Shown in pieces: positions 38,690 through 51,260 of a stretch of 64,000 bases of DNA (positions are counted from its first letter, which is position 1; each line of letters starts with the position of its first letter). Source of the stretch: Glaucostegus cemiculus (lineage: Eukaryota); contig CDPCPM010000280.1 of the NCBI GenBank assembly GCA_976551045.1, positions 1,922,001-1,986,000 on the forward strand, in the 5' to 3' direction. The translations under genes were made by a program, and so were the position numbers. The notes below the pieces were generated by a model. The model saw only the letters and a list, made by a program, of their open reading frames with translations, had not been told where the DNA came from and ran no database searches.

Positions 38690-39536
38690 CCTTTGGCCTA
38701 TGCCATGACAGAGGCTGTTTTGTCTGCTTGGATTGTACCTTGTCTGTAGTTTTTTTGAGGCAATCTTGGAAGAAGAAGAAATGGTGTTTATTTTTGTCCA
38801 TCCTCTCTGTTAGAGCCCTAAATGTTGATATGTTGCAGATCCAAACGTGCTCAAACTTAGTACAGTCCCAGTGGGGATACAGCAGTTGAAACAAAAGCAA
38901 GGCATGATTCACATCCTAACAAGTCATTGGGAAGAGGAAAAGAGAAGCAATGAGAGAAAGTGAAAGTACTGAGACCAAAGAACAAAGACAAGCCCAGAAA
39001 TGGGATGTTGTTGAGACACTTCAAATCTGCAACACTAGACAATATCTTGTTCAAATTGGAGGAAAAGTCAGAAATGTCCACATTGGCCAACTGACTGCTA
39101 TGAAAGATATGCCAGAACATATTGGAGAAATATGTGATGACAGTTTATTCCAAAAATAGATAGAAAACCAACCACTGAAGAGGAGACATGGATTAACAGA
39201 GTCAAGTTGGAAAGCAGCATGGTCTGTGGATCAGGAAACAACTACAATGCCAGAAACCCAAACAAAGCTATGATGGTCCAAGAAAGTCAACCGGCTGAAC
39301 CTATGGTCGTCTGCAATACCCTTTCAAAGAGGGAAAGCAGTGTGGTAAAGTTACATGTAAATATCTAAACGATTCATGCAGGCACATTAAGTAATGATGT
39401 AAGTGTACATATGATACAAGTTCCTATGATATTGCTGTTAGCCCTTAATAAAGAGTTAATACACGTTCATAAGCTCCAGGTGTCTCATACAATTTATTTA
39501 AAGCAGTGCTCATCAACTCTATAATTGTTACACACA
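38690..39536 (+). mobile_element. Gypsy LTR retrotransposon 3' remnant: integrase C-terminus, PPT and short LTR
   Basis: KWDVVETLQICNTRQYLVQIGGKVRNVHIGQL is typical of a Gypsy integrase C-terminus. Purine tract aaagagggaaagcag at 39326-39340 is followed by TGTGGT…AATAAA…ACACA. Confidence 0.6.
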
Positions 39537-42169
39537 AACTAACAAACAACATTAATGAACCTGCATATTCACCGAATTAATAATAAACTTACACATTCAC
39601 CAGGTAGAGAATATGAACATTAGAGAATATACTTCAGTGCTAAGATTTGACAAAACATTGAGAGCATGTTGCTCACTATATTACCAGAAACCCTTAAAAA
39701 TGCTAATACTTAAAAAAAACTATTCTGCTAGCTGACCTTTTTCCAGTAATATAGGGCTACTGTGAAATTAATTGTCATAGCAGTTACCTGACAGTGAATA
39801 AGATTAGCAGATATTATCATCCTTTTACTTGGTCAGATTTCTAGGGCAGGGTGACACTGAAGCACTGTTACTCTGATCAGCTGCATAACTGCAATGTGTC
39901 CCCGTGGAAAAAGAAGTGACAAGTCTCTCACTTCACCAACACCAATACTGATCATTACCTCTGAGTAGAGTGTGAAGTCAATGCAGGACTTAGTTTTGCA
40001 CATTTGTCTTGGTACTGTACAATTAGCAAAACATGCACAAGGAGGACTACTGCAATTTTTCCCAACTATTGGAAACTACTTTGATTAGAGGTGACAGAAG
40101 TATATTGAATATCAAAAGTACAGCATTAACTTAATATAAACTATTTTCAATTTCAAAAGTAATTTAACAGTTCTCTTTTATCAATCTGCTTTAAAGTACT
40201 GGAACTATTTTTAGATTTTCTGGTGGGGGGAGAACCTTCAAATGCTGTCCAATTTGTAATAAGGCCAACCCCAGCACACTCCTTTTACATAATCTATGTC
40301 GGACAAAATCTATAATGGGATAGATTCCAAAATATTTTCAACTAATCACTAAAAGCATTAATGAATGGCCACGTAATTTGAATAAATCCATTCACAGACA
40401 AATACAAGCACAAAGGTCACAAATCCACATTAAGCTAGCTCTCCAGAATACTGTAGCCACCTCCATTTAACAGGCTAACCTCTCACAGCACAGTCCAAGG
40501 GGGCCACCACAGATTGACTCAATGGCTGGGGCTACATATTGAGATAAAAGGCATGTACAGTCCAATAGTGTCTGGTTATGGATAACACTGTAGATATGAC
40601 AAATTTACATTTGCTCTGAGTCCATAGTAGATGAGACTTTCCGATTAGCAGAAAATCTCAGCAGTTAGATGTTTTGCAATTGTTCAAATGACTCTGAACA
40701 ATCTCTTTGCTTTTCCCAGTTTCACTGCCATCAAATACGTTGGAAATGCAGGATGTACTAAAAGTAAAGGTTGACCTTTTAACCTACTGTAAATCTCTTT
40801 AAACCAAGCTTTTGGCATGGTGCTGCAAATCACTATCTGATGCTCAATGGATGCTTTATGCAGGACATGTCCATGTAGATCAAACAAATACAATGAGTTT
40901 TACACTGCTAATGCAAGTTTGGCCAGATCCAAATATTCAAAAACATAATATTTAATATAGTCCAAAAAAAGTACACGTCACATCCCAGATGCGCGAGAGA
41001 TTAAAATCAAGCTAATGAACCCACCAATCAATATTTACCAGACAGCTGCCTCGAAATTGGGTTTCACTTATTTTTGGTGCACTATGTCACTATTAGACAT
41101 AGCATTAACTCCTAACCATTTCCCCTGCAAGAAATCATGAAATTAGCCTGAGAGGTCTGAATCAGCACTACAGTGGTTTACATCCTGAACGGTGTACCAA
41201 AGGGAACCTGCACTTTTGTAAATGGGAGCCACAGGAACTGCCGCCATTGCCACTTCTTTGCTGAACTATGTATTGGGAGGTTAGTAAACATCAAAGGGCC
41301 AAATTTGCCAAAGCAGTTACAGCTAATCTCCAATAAAGGGGAGGGAACACAGTGATTATCAGTAAGTCTACTGATATGTATCAGTGTCAGCATGCAAGAC
41401 TGACTGCCTCATGCTGCAGCAAGGAGCAAAAACATCAGTCAGGTCAACATCCCATTGTGATGCATTGAGGTACATAAAGCTAAAAGGCTGTGAACAACGA
41501 GAGGAAGGGGAAAATGATTGTGGAAATATTTTGACAGGTGAAATACATGTCTAGTAGATGCTTTGATCAATAAAGCAACATCAGAATGAATTTCCCTTAA
41601 TTCTCATCTGACTGGGAACTTCAGCACAATGTGCTCCTTGTCTTTTCATGACTGTTCCACGACAATTGTCACTTGTGTCCCAGAGTTTCAATTCACGCTG
41701 GCAAGGATGGAAATTGGCGCAATGTAAACACTGATGACATTAGATGGACATCTGATGCCAGGAAAACACTGGATGTGCTCAAGTGAAATAGCTGCTCAAT
41801 TTACTAACAGGTGCAATTTCATCCAGACCGAATTAAATCACAATGCAAGATTCCCACATTAAAATGGATGCTAAATTCATTCAATTTCTAAACCAGTATC
41901 TTTAATGGTGGTCTGTTTTTATAAAAATGACGAAAAAGGAAGTATACTTGCCTGAAATTTCAACCCCAGTCAGTTTCTGTGAAAATGTAATTACAAACAA
42001 CAGCACACTGATGTGAGTTAAGTCTGAAGTCAGGTTGGGGTCTAAACTGCCAATATATTTAATATATTTTCTCACAAATTATGAGATCATTCAGCCCATT
42101 GTCTATGGAATTCTTGAAGCAATCCCATTCCACCACTCGCACCAAAGACTGTTACCCTTCATCCAAGCC

Positions 42170-42715
42170 CCCCACCCATTGTAACCGCGATCTGCATCTC
42201 CCCGTTGCCAGTCACTACAGCTCGCTCTCCCACACTATCACTGACACAGCCTCCTCCACTGCCAGGAGAATTCCACATGCAAACTGGAGGAACAGCGGCT
42301 CATTTTCTGTCTTGGAACCTTGCAGCCTAATGGCATGAACATTGAATTCTCCCACTTTAATTCTCCCCACCCCCTTCCCCTTAACCCCCCCCCCATCATG
42401 TTGCTTCTCTTCTTCACTTCCCTAGCCTCTCTTTTTTCTACCATTTCTTTCCTTTCTCTCTTTACCTTTGACCCATCCCCCGGTGGATCTGCTCTCCCCT
42501 CCTCCCCCGCACCTGCCTATCACCATCTCTTACCTGCATCTACCTATCACCACCTTGTGCCCACCCCGCCTCCCCTCCTTTGTCCACCTATCACTGCTCT
42601 GCTTTTCCCCCTTATATATTGTGCTTCCCCTTTTCCTATCTTCAGTCCTGAAGAAGGGCCCTGACCCGAAACGTCGACCACCTGCTTTTTCGTCGACCAC
42701 CAGCATCTGCAGTCC
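42170..42715 (+). mobile_element. Penelope-like element 3' end: GIY-YIG C-terminus plus pLTR
   Basis: RDLHLPVASHYSSLSHTITD / HSLLHCQENSTCKLEEQRLIFCLGTLQPNGMNIEFSHF, then a pyrimidine-rich pLTR ending ccagcatctgcagtc. Confidence 0.85.
42645..42678 (+). ncRNA. Minimal type I hammerhead ribozyme motif
   Basis: Stem I GTC(42645-47)/GAC(42676-78); CUGAAGA 42648-54; stem II GGG/CCC; GAAAC 42668-72; GUC cleavage triplet 42673-75; palindromic ACGU stem III. Confidence 0.7.
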
Positions 42716-44312
42716 TTTTCCCCACTTACTGTATCCCCTCCACTCTATCAACACCTGCAGTCCACAACTGAACAAGTAAGAACCAAAGGAGCCAAGTATA
42801 ATCCCACTAGACAACAGTGGAGGAATACTCTAGGAGACTGGCTTTCACTGTTAAGCCTGCACATGAAGAAAGAGAACAACCAAATACACAAATTAAATAT
42901 ATAATGCATTCTGTCAAATATATAAAGGGTCAGAATAGAGAAAGAAAAAACAAACTTCAGATACTTTTTCATATTATTGTAATGATTACGTCACAAAATC
43001 AAAGAAACTGGAGTAGCACGTTCAGAGTCTGGGGCTATTCCACTATTTAATTAGATCACAGTTTTTTACACAATTCTTTTTACCCAACTCATTTCCAGAG
43101 GTCAGAACTTTGACATTTTGTATTAGGAATTTCCACTATTCTACAAATCCTTTTCAGTACAACATGCTCTCGAGTTAAGATCATTGACATCACTGTGTCC
43201 AAATATACTATGCCAGCAGTTACATGATGGGATTGGAGTTGTAGTGTACAATATTGTAGGGCAACATTGTAGTGAATACACTATTGTTTCTAATGTTCTA
43301 TGTTTAGGAAGTGAAAATGTGCTGCTATTCACACTCCTAGTAGCTATGTAGTGACGATGGTTTTGTGCGTGTATGGGCACACAGGAAGCGAGCAAGGGAC
43401 TGAACACAGCTGTGTTTCCGCTCACACAGAAGTCAGGAATAGTCTTGGCTGCAATACCACCTATGGTCAAACAGTCTGCTGACATTCACTGTACAGGTTC
43501 ACACATCAAGAATGGGTCAACTGGGTGTGGTCTGAGCACTGCCCAAGAAAGTTACATGATCAGGAACATTTTTTAAAAAAAACAGAGCAACAATTCACCA
43601 GATATTAATGCCACGCTGGCAGAGGTAGGTTGTTCATTCATTTAAAAAATGAATTTACTTCCCTGAGGTCCCTCCTCCGCAGCTGGAGAAGCTGTTAAAA
43701 GAGGAGGCATTTCCTGTGTTTGAGATTTTTTGTGAATTCTTGGCATGCTAAAGGGATGGGCTGTAAGATGATCTTGATTGCCAGCCAAAACTCAATGCTT
43801 AGATGAATAAAGGCCTACAGACTTCAGAGGCAATGTGTAACACGCAACCTTATACCACTGTGGTTTCAGCTCCACTATTGTCATTAAGGCAGATCAAAGC
43901 AGCTAACAAGACAATTTTTCGTAACTCTAGGGCTAGTGCAGCAGAATTTTTATTTTTGTGGGAATTTGTGCCTCACCAGGTTCAACTGAAACAGACAATT
44001 GTTTCAGACTACAATTAAGCAATTCAAACTGCAATTCAGACCAGCAATTAAGTGGTGCAATAAATAAATTTACACATGATTTTGAAGGAGTGTATCTGAG
44101 ACATTTTAATTTAAATGGATTTGTGCTGTGTTAAAGGCAACTATTAAGGGAAGATACCAGCACAATGCAGATTTTAGAATCCATACATCATACAATCATC
44201 TCACCAACAAGTTACATGAATGCATCTCAAGGTAATTTAAAAGCAAAAATAAAATTAGCTTTATACTCAAAGTTGAGGGATCTTTCTATGGGTCAGATTC
44301 ATAAATCCGGAA

Positions 44313-44487
44313 AGGGTTGTGGAGGCGGATACGATAGGGTCGTTCAAGAGACTGTTGGATAGGTACATGGAGCAAAATAACATAGAGGGCTATGGGTAAG
44401 CCTAGTAGTTTCTAGTGTAGGGACATGTTCAGCATAGCTTTGTGGGCCGAAGGGCCTGAATTGTGCTGTAAGTGTTCTATGTTCTAA
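44313..44487 (+). mobile_element. Young CR1 3' end
   Basis: VVEADTIGSFKRLLDRYMEQNNIEGYG*, then gggccgaagggcctg and a gttctatgttcta tail; CpGs retained. Confidence 0.9.
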
Positions 44488-44519
44488 ATCCAAAGTATTT
44501 TACACACTTTTAATATTTT

Positions 44520-45146
44520 GTTCTAGAAATTCTGGTACAGAAGCAGTACAGAACCAACTGTAGCGCGGCAGAGAGCGTTTCTAACTTGGCCTGATACTGT
44601 AAAATTCAACTGCGCTATAGGCCAGTGGTGTCAGGCACTTCTGAACTGGAGTTTCACTATTTCCTTGTTTGTTGCTGAAATGCTATCTGGATCTGAGGTC
44701 ATATTGGTTGTTGGGTGGGAAAAAAAGATTATTGAAGTATATAAAGTGGTCTCAGAGATTGGGTGGGGTCAGAGGTCAGGATTGGAGCCAAGGTTTTGAG
44801 GGGGCAGGTGTGGAGGAGTGAAATTGTTTTGGGCTAGAGTAAATATTGTTGTGGTGAAGGGAGGTGAAGGCAGAAGAAGCCAATAAAGGTCCCTCCAGGG
44901 ACAATATGGGACTCAATTCCCTGGCCACTATAGGAGTAGTTGTATATGGAATGAAGTTATTTGATACAGGTCTGATGCAGAAATCACATTAAACACACAA
45001 TCTCAGCTCGTGCAAGGATGTGTCCAGTCAAATTTCTAGACTAATGCAAGACAACCCAGATATGGTCTTTAGTGCACTTCACTCTGGGGAAAGTGCACCT
45101 TTAATAGCTGGAAATAGCCAGCACCATGCAATCGAATTTCTGGGCC
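44520..45146. mobile_element. Probable PIF/Harbinger-type non-autonomous element
   Basis: Imperfect terminal inverted repeats gttctagaaattc / gaatttctgggcc followed by TAA; internal gtgcactt…aagtgcac hairpin. Confidence 0.4.
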
Positions 45147-45609
45147 TAAAAATCTTCCTCATGAATTTGCTACCATTTCTAATTCATCCCATTTGAAGAG
45201 TCTTGCAGGATATACTGTCTTACTGTCTCATTTGTTTTTTTCTAGGAAAAACAATTTTCACATTTATATTGATAATTATGCTCAAATGGCAGTCACAGAA
45301 TTCCTTTGAGGGCATTAATCATTCTGTATCTGTGAACTACTTTAGTCATTATAGATTCAATTGTATGTGCTTGGCAGAGTGCTTAGTAACAGCTTAACAC
45401 ACTTTGTGCAAGTAGAATTTAGCAAATCACTCTCTGCAGCCAGTTATCTTGGCACAGTCACACTGACACCCCTAATCCAACAGTTAAAATAGCAACATTT
45501 TAGGAATTCTTCTTGTTTGAGTTGATGATACAAAGCCACGTGCTGACAATAAGTACAAAGCAAGAGAAAAGCTAATCGGGTAACAAGTGAAAACGAACAA
45601 AAAAAAATA

Positions 45610-45947
45610 TAGGCTGTCCCTGGGTTAACAGATTCCAATATTAACTCCTGAAGTTAATTTTGTTTGTAAGTCAGAAAACAAAAATCACTTGGTATGGTAA
45701 CCATAGTGCAGAATATTGTAATGAACAGCATCAAAAGCACACAAGACTGATAAGAAAAAAGAGATACTAAAAGTGGGGGGTGGGGTAGAGAGAGAGTGAG
45801 AGAGTGAGAGACCGAGAGAGAGAGAAATGGTTTTGCTGTTTGTATTATGCACGTCAGACTTTTGAGTGTAATAATATTATGGGAGCTCGTCTGTTCATGA
45901 GGGTGTCTGTAAGTTGGATGTTCAAAAAGTATGTTACTCAGCACCTG
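45610..45947. mobile_element. Tigger-like MITE
   Basis: aggctgtccctgggtta left end; gtctgtaagttggatgttc…cacctg right end; related to 24623-24901. Confidence 0.55.
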
Positions 45948-46399
45948 TGGCGAAGACAAAATGACAAAATAATGTTTTGGATGTGCAGGCTGTCAGGCCT
46001 TGACAATGAGCCCACAAATCTGAGACATTGATTTTGGCTGATCTATCCCTAATGCCCCTTGACTTGCTGAATGTTCCAACAACTGAAATAATAGTTTAGT
46101 GACTCTAAAAAGTGCAGAATACAATTCAAACATTTTATAATGAGGATATAATACAAATGATAGAAATGTCAGCAGCCTCTATTTAACTCATTTTCTAAAA
46201 GGTTAAAGTGAGAAATTCATCTTTAGTTGCTTGCACTACATGAATGTGAGAGGATTAACTGCTGGTAGTGCCTACCTCCCAATACTCAATTCTACTGAAG
46301 TCAATATAACTGTGTGTGTGGAGTTAGGCACGACAGTGGGGATGAGTAGAAGTGCCTGTTACAGTCACATGTACGTAGCCCCTAGGAAAAATTTCTCCC

Positions 46400-46665
46400 T
46401 GAAAACCACGGGAGACCCTCTAACAGTTTAGCTGGGTGAAAAGTAATGACGCGAGCGTTAGAAAATATTAGCATAGACCCTCACAGCCAAGCCTGATCCA
46501 ATATGAGGGCATCAGCATTCCAACAATGATTAACAATCAGAAATCCAAACAAATTCTCTCTTCCCAACTAGGGATGCAAGGCCAAATTATAGCATCGGAA
46601 TTCCTACCTGGGTAAGAGCAACCAACTCAGCCTCAGCTTCCCGCTCCTTGTGCCTCAGTCAGTAG
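46400..46665 (-). mobile_element. Ancient SINE, same family as 26865-27190
   Basis: tcacagccaagcctgatcc…ctcttcccaactagggatgcaaggccaaattatagcatc…ccaactcagc. Confidence 0.55.
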
Positions 46666-46677
46666 ACAAACTATTGA

Positions 46678-46975
46678 ATATATGAATTAGGCCATTCAGT
46701 GCCTCAAGTTTTACCATTTAAGGTCTTTGCTGATCTGATTGAAATTTCAACTCTGCATTCCTGTCTACCCCGGCAAACTTTCACCCCTTGCTTACTAAAC
46801 AGCAATCTCCCACTGCCTTAAAAATATTAGAAGACACAGAGTTCCAAAGGGTCATAATCCTCAGAGAAAACAATTCACCTCATCTCAGTTTAAATTATTT
46901 GAAACAATAACCCCAAGTTCTGGACTTTCCTGCAGGAGAAACATCCTCTCCACTTCCATCCTGTCAAGACACCAG
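46678..46975 (-). mobile_element. CR1 LINE 3' portion, decayed
   Basis: taggccattcag…gctgatctgatt…ctgccttaaaaatatt…gagttccaaag…ggagaaacatcctctcc…cctgtcaagac. Confidence 0.7.
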
Positions 46976-47084
46976 GGCATTCTTGTGGAAGACAAAGTAA
47001 TGAAGAAGGACATTCGGCAGCAGCAGTTCTCCACACATGAACCTACTTCAAATACAGTCTCCTGAGCTACTGATACGTCTCCTG

Positions 47085-47562
47085 AGGTAAAAGGTATTAG
47101 GTATTTTTGTCAAAAAATTTTAGGGTTATGGGATAAGGATGGAAAGTTATCAATACAATTATATATTACCTTGCAATAATATCCATTTTAACACCAGGCT
47201 TAATCAGACTCTGTTATCATACCTCTCATGCACTAAAAGGTGAACTCTTGATCTCCCAATCTACCTCATCATGGCTGTTGCACTTTGATTTTTTTTACCT
47301 GCACTGCACTTTCTCCTGCAATTGTAACATTATATTGTGCATTCTGTTTTCCTTTTTTACTGATATATGTAATGATCTGTCTGGATGGCACACAAACAAA
47401 AGCTTTTCACAAAAGCCTCCTGTGAGAATGGAAGTGTCTATGATCGGCTAACCCCTTGATCCATCAGCCTGATCAGACATGGAGTTGAGACCAGTATACA
47501 TCAGCCATGATCAAACCGAATGGCGGGACAGGTTCTAGGGCCTACTCCTGCTCCTATTTTTT
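47085..47562 (+). mobile_element. CR1 3' end split by a Rex1-like 3'UTR insertion (~47190-47410)
   Basis: agggttatgggataaggatggaaag…[gaactcttgatctcccaatctacctc…cctgcactgcactttctc…aacaaaagcttttcac]…gagttgagacc…tcagccatgatc…gaatggcgg…ggcctactcctgctcctatt. Confidence 0.65.
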
Positions 47563-48269
47563 TCCACTGTTGTGATGCTGTTGTTGATCGCAGGGTTTGA
47601 GGGCACAGTGGCCATGGGATTTGACTGTCCCAATCCATTGGTCTGGGAAGACACACGCGCTGTTACCCCTCTCTCCTACCTCCCCGTTTTCCTGCAATTT
47701 CCCCCTTGATCTCCAGCATTATCTCAAGAGAGGGCCAGCACATGAATATGCAACAACTACAGGTTGAGTTTTGACACTCTTATAGGGGACCTAACCTCAA
47801 GAACAATCTTTTAAAGTATTGTCTGTACAAAGCAAAATATCCCATGGCATTTCAAAGGATCATTATCAAACTAAGTCACCTGACAGGATATTGTGACCGA
47901 TCAAAGGAGCAGGTTTTAAGGAGACAAATTAAAGGGGGGGGGGGGGAGGAGAAATAAATTGAGAAATGGAGCGATTTAACTGTGGAAAGAAACAACACTC
48001 AAGCTCATTGTAAAGAACAGTTCACTTCAGGTTTAGACAAATTACTAAAACTGATGTTCCTCTGACTTAAGATTTAACATGAACTCAAGTTACAATGAAT
48101 TAGAAAACCCTGAAATCAAATGAATGAGAGATCTTTTTATGGGCGCACTATTGGACACAGTTCAATTTCTATCCGATACATGTTCCTCAAAAGCACCACA
48201 TTTAACTTGCACTATCACCTGCCAACACTCCACTTTCTGCATCCTTTATGCTTAAATAAATCTTTATTT

Positions 48270-49040
48270 TGCCCTTGTCCGGTACCTGTTGGAGGCCAAG
48301 TAGATAGCAGAAGGAAAAACAGAGCATGCATTGATTCCAGCTTAAGAAGCAGGTGGCAGCCAGGTGGGACTGCGCAGTGGAAGCAACACCTTCCTACCCA
48401 CCGATCCCGTTTTAAATCTCCTGCCTTTCTTTCTCCTGCCCAATGCCTGTTTGTTCAGAACACGGCCCAGCTGAAGGCATACCATCTGTTTCATCAACAG
48501 AATGCACAATATGGCGACACAGCACTTTAAAGGGTGTCAGTTGTGTGTCATTGCTCAAATATTTTCCTAAAATGTAACTGGAGAATAATGAAAAGTAATG
48601 TAAAATTATGCTGTTGTATTGGCAGGAAACTTTTCTCACTTTTATTTTTCATCCTTCTCCCTATGGTTAGATTTTACTCCTTTGAAACTCCAGCGCAAAA
48701 GCAATTGGAATAATTTTATAGATGTAGATATGATTGATATACGTACACAAGGGCACAAACATACTCTATATGGTTCTTGCTACAATGAACAATTGCTTGC
48801 GTTATTCCACAAGTGTGACAGGCAACCAGTCATGATTAGAATAGGATGCACATGAGGGGAATAAATAGAATCGCAGAAAATCCACAACAGGGTTAATTTT
48901 TTTTAAACACAAGCTCTGTGTAATTGTGGGAGAATCATTAACAAGTGAAATTAAATGAAAAATACTTAAGAGTTCATTTGGAATTATCATACCACAGTGT
49001 GATTAATGGCGCCGGTGTAGTACAAGATGAGTCACTTAAT
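48270..49040. promoter_or_regulatory. Putative developmental enhancer block
   Basis: TGATTAATGG (PBX-HOX) 49000-49009, TGACAG 48816-48821, TGAGTCA 49028-49034, and paired CAGGTG E-boxes at ~48350-48366. No repeat recognised. Confidence 0.3.
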
Positions 49041-50611
49041 ATTTTCCTCTTACATTCCTATATAAAAATATTCTTTACTGCTGTAAAAGGTCACTTTTGG
49101 CAACTTTGGTAAGCATTATGTAGTATTTTGAGCTGTACAGTCTTTAGGATTTGTCAACAACTGATAGCTTTTGCAGTATCTTATTGGGTAATGGCTGCAT
49201 GGAACTTCTGCTTTTCCATACAACCCCTACCCCAGTGCCCCAACCCCACCCTTGCACTAAACCCCACTACCAGGCAGATAAAAATCTTCAGTGAACAATT
49301 ACTTTAATTACAAAAGGAGGCTCTGAAAATGCAACTTCTGGGAGTAGACTCCAGTAGACATAAACAATGATAAGAGACTGGAAAAACAAGTTTTAATTAC
49401 AAATGCTTTAACATAACTACTCTTTTCTCCCCTTCCAGTTTTATTACCCTAGGGCAAAGGCACTCCATCCATGCAAATCTGAAGCAAAGGGAGGCCTGTA
49501 CCCAGTACACAACGGGCATCCAGTCTGAAAATTCCTCTGTTCTATTTCCAGGCAAGGTCACAGTGAAAGGGCATGGAAACCAGCCAATAGTTTAGAGATA
49601 GAGGCACTGGTGAGGAACACATAATAAGTTTCAACAGACTAGCCAGCAGGCTGGAGGCCCAGACTATTGCAATTTCATCTTTTGCACTCCTTTCTCTCTT
49701 CATAACTGGGGATCTTGTGTTCTGTGGCAGTTATGCTCCCTCTGTGACATCTAGTTATTGGGAAGATGAAGAAAAATGTGAAGCTTACACAACTTCAAGA
49801 ACTTAACAAGGTAATGACTTAGAAGCTCCATTATGTAGCTCATGTTTGAGTACATTGCACATTTGAATTTTAATCTAAACTTGATCTCACCATTAAGAAC
49901 TTGGTGTGGGTCATTCGTGTGTATGTAATTTATGTACTCAAAGTCTGCAAGCATGCACAATGATGCCAAATGTTTACAATTTTATGTCTTCACATCATAA
50001 GCATAGGCCACTCACTCCAAAACAAGCTTTAATTGAAGGAGTAAAGCATGCTTTGGTGCCACTTACATACTCTCTTTCAGACTTCTAGAAATTCTAGCAA
50101 ATGCATTTTGATTTGGATGCACATTTTCCTTGCAACAACAGCCTAGTTTGCACAAATAAAAATCCAATATACTCTACCTAATTCTACCATAAAAAGAAAG
50201 AATATCAAAAGCTAATAAAGAGAATGATGCAAAATCTTTCACACAGCAACAAACATCAAAGAGTTATCTTCTAAGTAGATAACCTATTGTGGAAAAAAAC
50301 CTTCATGATCAGCATGTGATGCAGTTCTGCAGGATTAGCCCATTAAAAAAAATTGCAACCATTTTGCAGATGATGGCTAAGCAACCTACAACTGGAAAGA
50401 AACTCAAAGCACACAGAGGACTACAATCCATTTGTTATGTTGACAGCTCTCCCCTAAACATAATTTCAAATTATTCTTAAAAAGTTAAAGGCAATGGTCC
50501 AATTGGGGGAACTAAATCATGTTGTTAAAACATCCATATTTCCAAAGTATAGCCAAGGTGCCACTTTTTTAAAGAAAAAAGTCATCCAAGCTTCTTTCTT
50601 GAAAAAGAAAA

Positions 50612-51119
50612 ACTGCACAGTCGGAGGAGGTGGTCGGACTGTGGGCCGGAGGTGGTCGGACTGTGGGCTGGAGGTGGTGCCGGAGGCGAAGGAGCCGGAG
50701 GTGGTCGGACTGTGGGCCGGAGGTGGTCGGACTGTGGGCCGGAGGTTGTTGATGGTCTGTGGGCCCCGAGGTTGTAGGACTGGGGGGGTTGGAGGTGGTC
50801 GTCGGTGCGGGGTGAGGCAGGGGGGCTGTTAATGTTTTGATGTTTTTGTCCAGGTGTCCTTTATTGTCTTTGATGTCTTTTGCACATGTATACATGTAAG
50901 TGAAAATCGATAAATCGATCCTGAATTTAAGTTCAATCCCCTTAGCTTTTAAGGTGTAATGATCTATACTATGTATTCTGCCAAGTGTGTATGTGTCTCT
51001 GTTGGTTGTTATGTCATTTTTTTGTATGGGACGAGCACCTGAGGAGGACGGTATATCGCTCCTCTGCATACTTTGTATGTATGTGGTTGTGACAATAAAA
51101 CTGATTCTGATTCTGATTC
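50612..51119 (+). mobile_element. Young 5'-truncated LINE 3' end (Rex1/Babar-like) with a 12-bp target-site duplication
   Basis: Ends gacaataaaa(ctgatt)n; flanked by tgaaaaagaaaa at 50600-50611 and 51120-51131; CpG-rich. Confidence 0.75.
50626..50800 (+). repeat. 22-bp minisatellite (ggaggtggtcggactgtgggcc) x4 plus degenerate copies
   Basis: Units at 50626, 50648, 50697 and 50719, read directly. Confidence 0.9.
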
Positions 51120-51124
51120 TGAAA

Positions 51125-51260
51125 AAGAAAACAGAAGCACATAACTTGGCAATTAGCATATGAAGTGAAAAAAGGCAGGTTAATGTTCCAGGTATAACCC
51201 TTCATCTGTGAGGGATACTGAGGGAAATTCAGTGTATTTCCAGCAACCTCTGTTTTTTCT
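51125..51260. mobile_element. Penelope-derived relic with decayed minus-strand hammerhead
   Basis: Reverse complement of 51178-51208 is cagatgaagggttatacctggaacattaacct; followed by a gtatttccagcaacctctgtttt arm. Confidence 0.5.

Noticed and set aside
50626-50740. CRISPR-like repeat array
   Set aside because: Head-to-tail units without unique spacers, eukaryotic context, and no cas genes.
50569-51159. 196-aa Pro/Thr-rich ORF
   Set aside because: Artefact of the 22-bp minisatellite and the antisense LINE tail.
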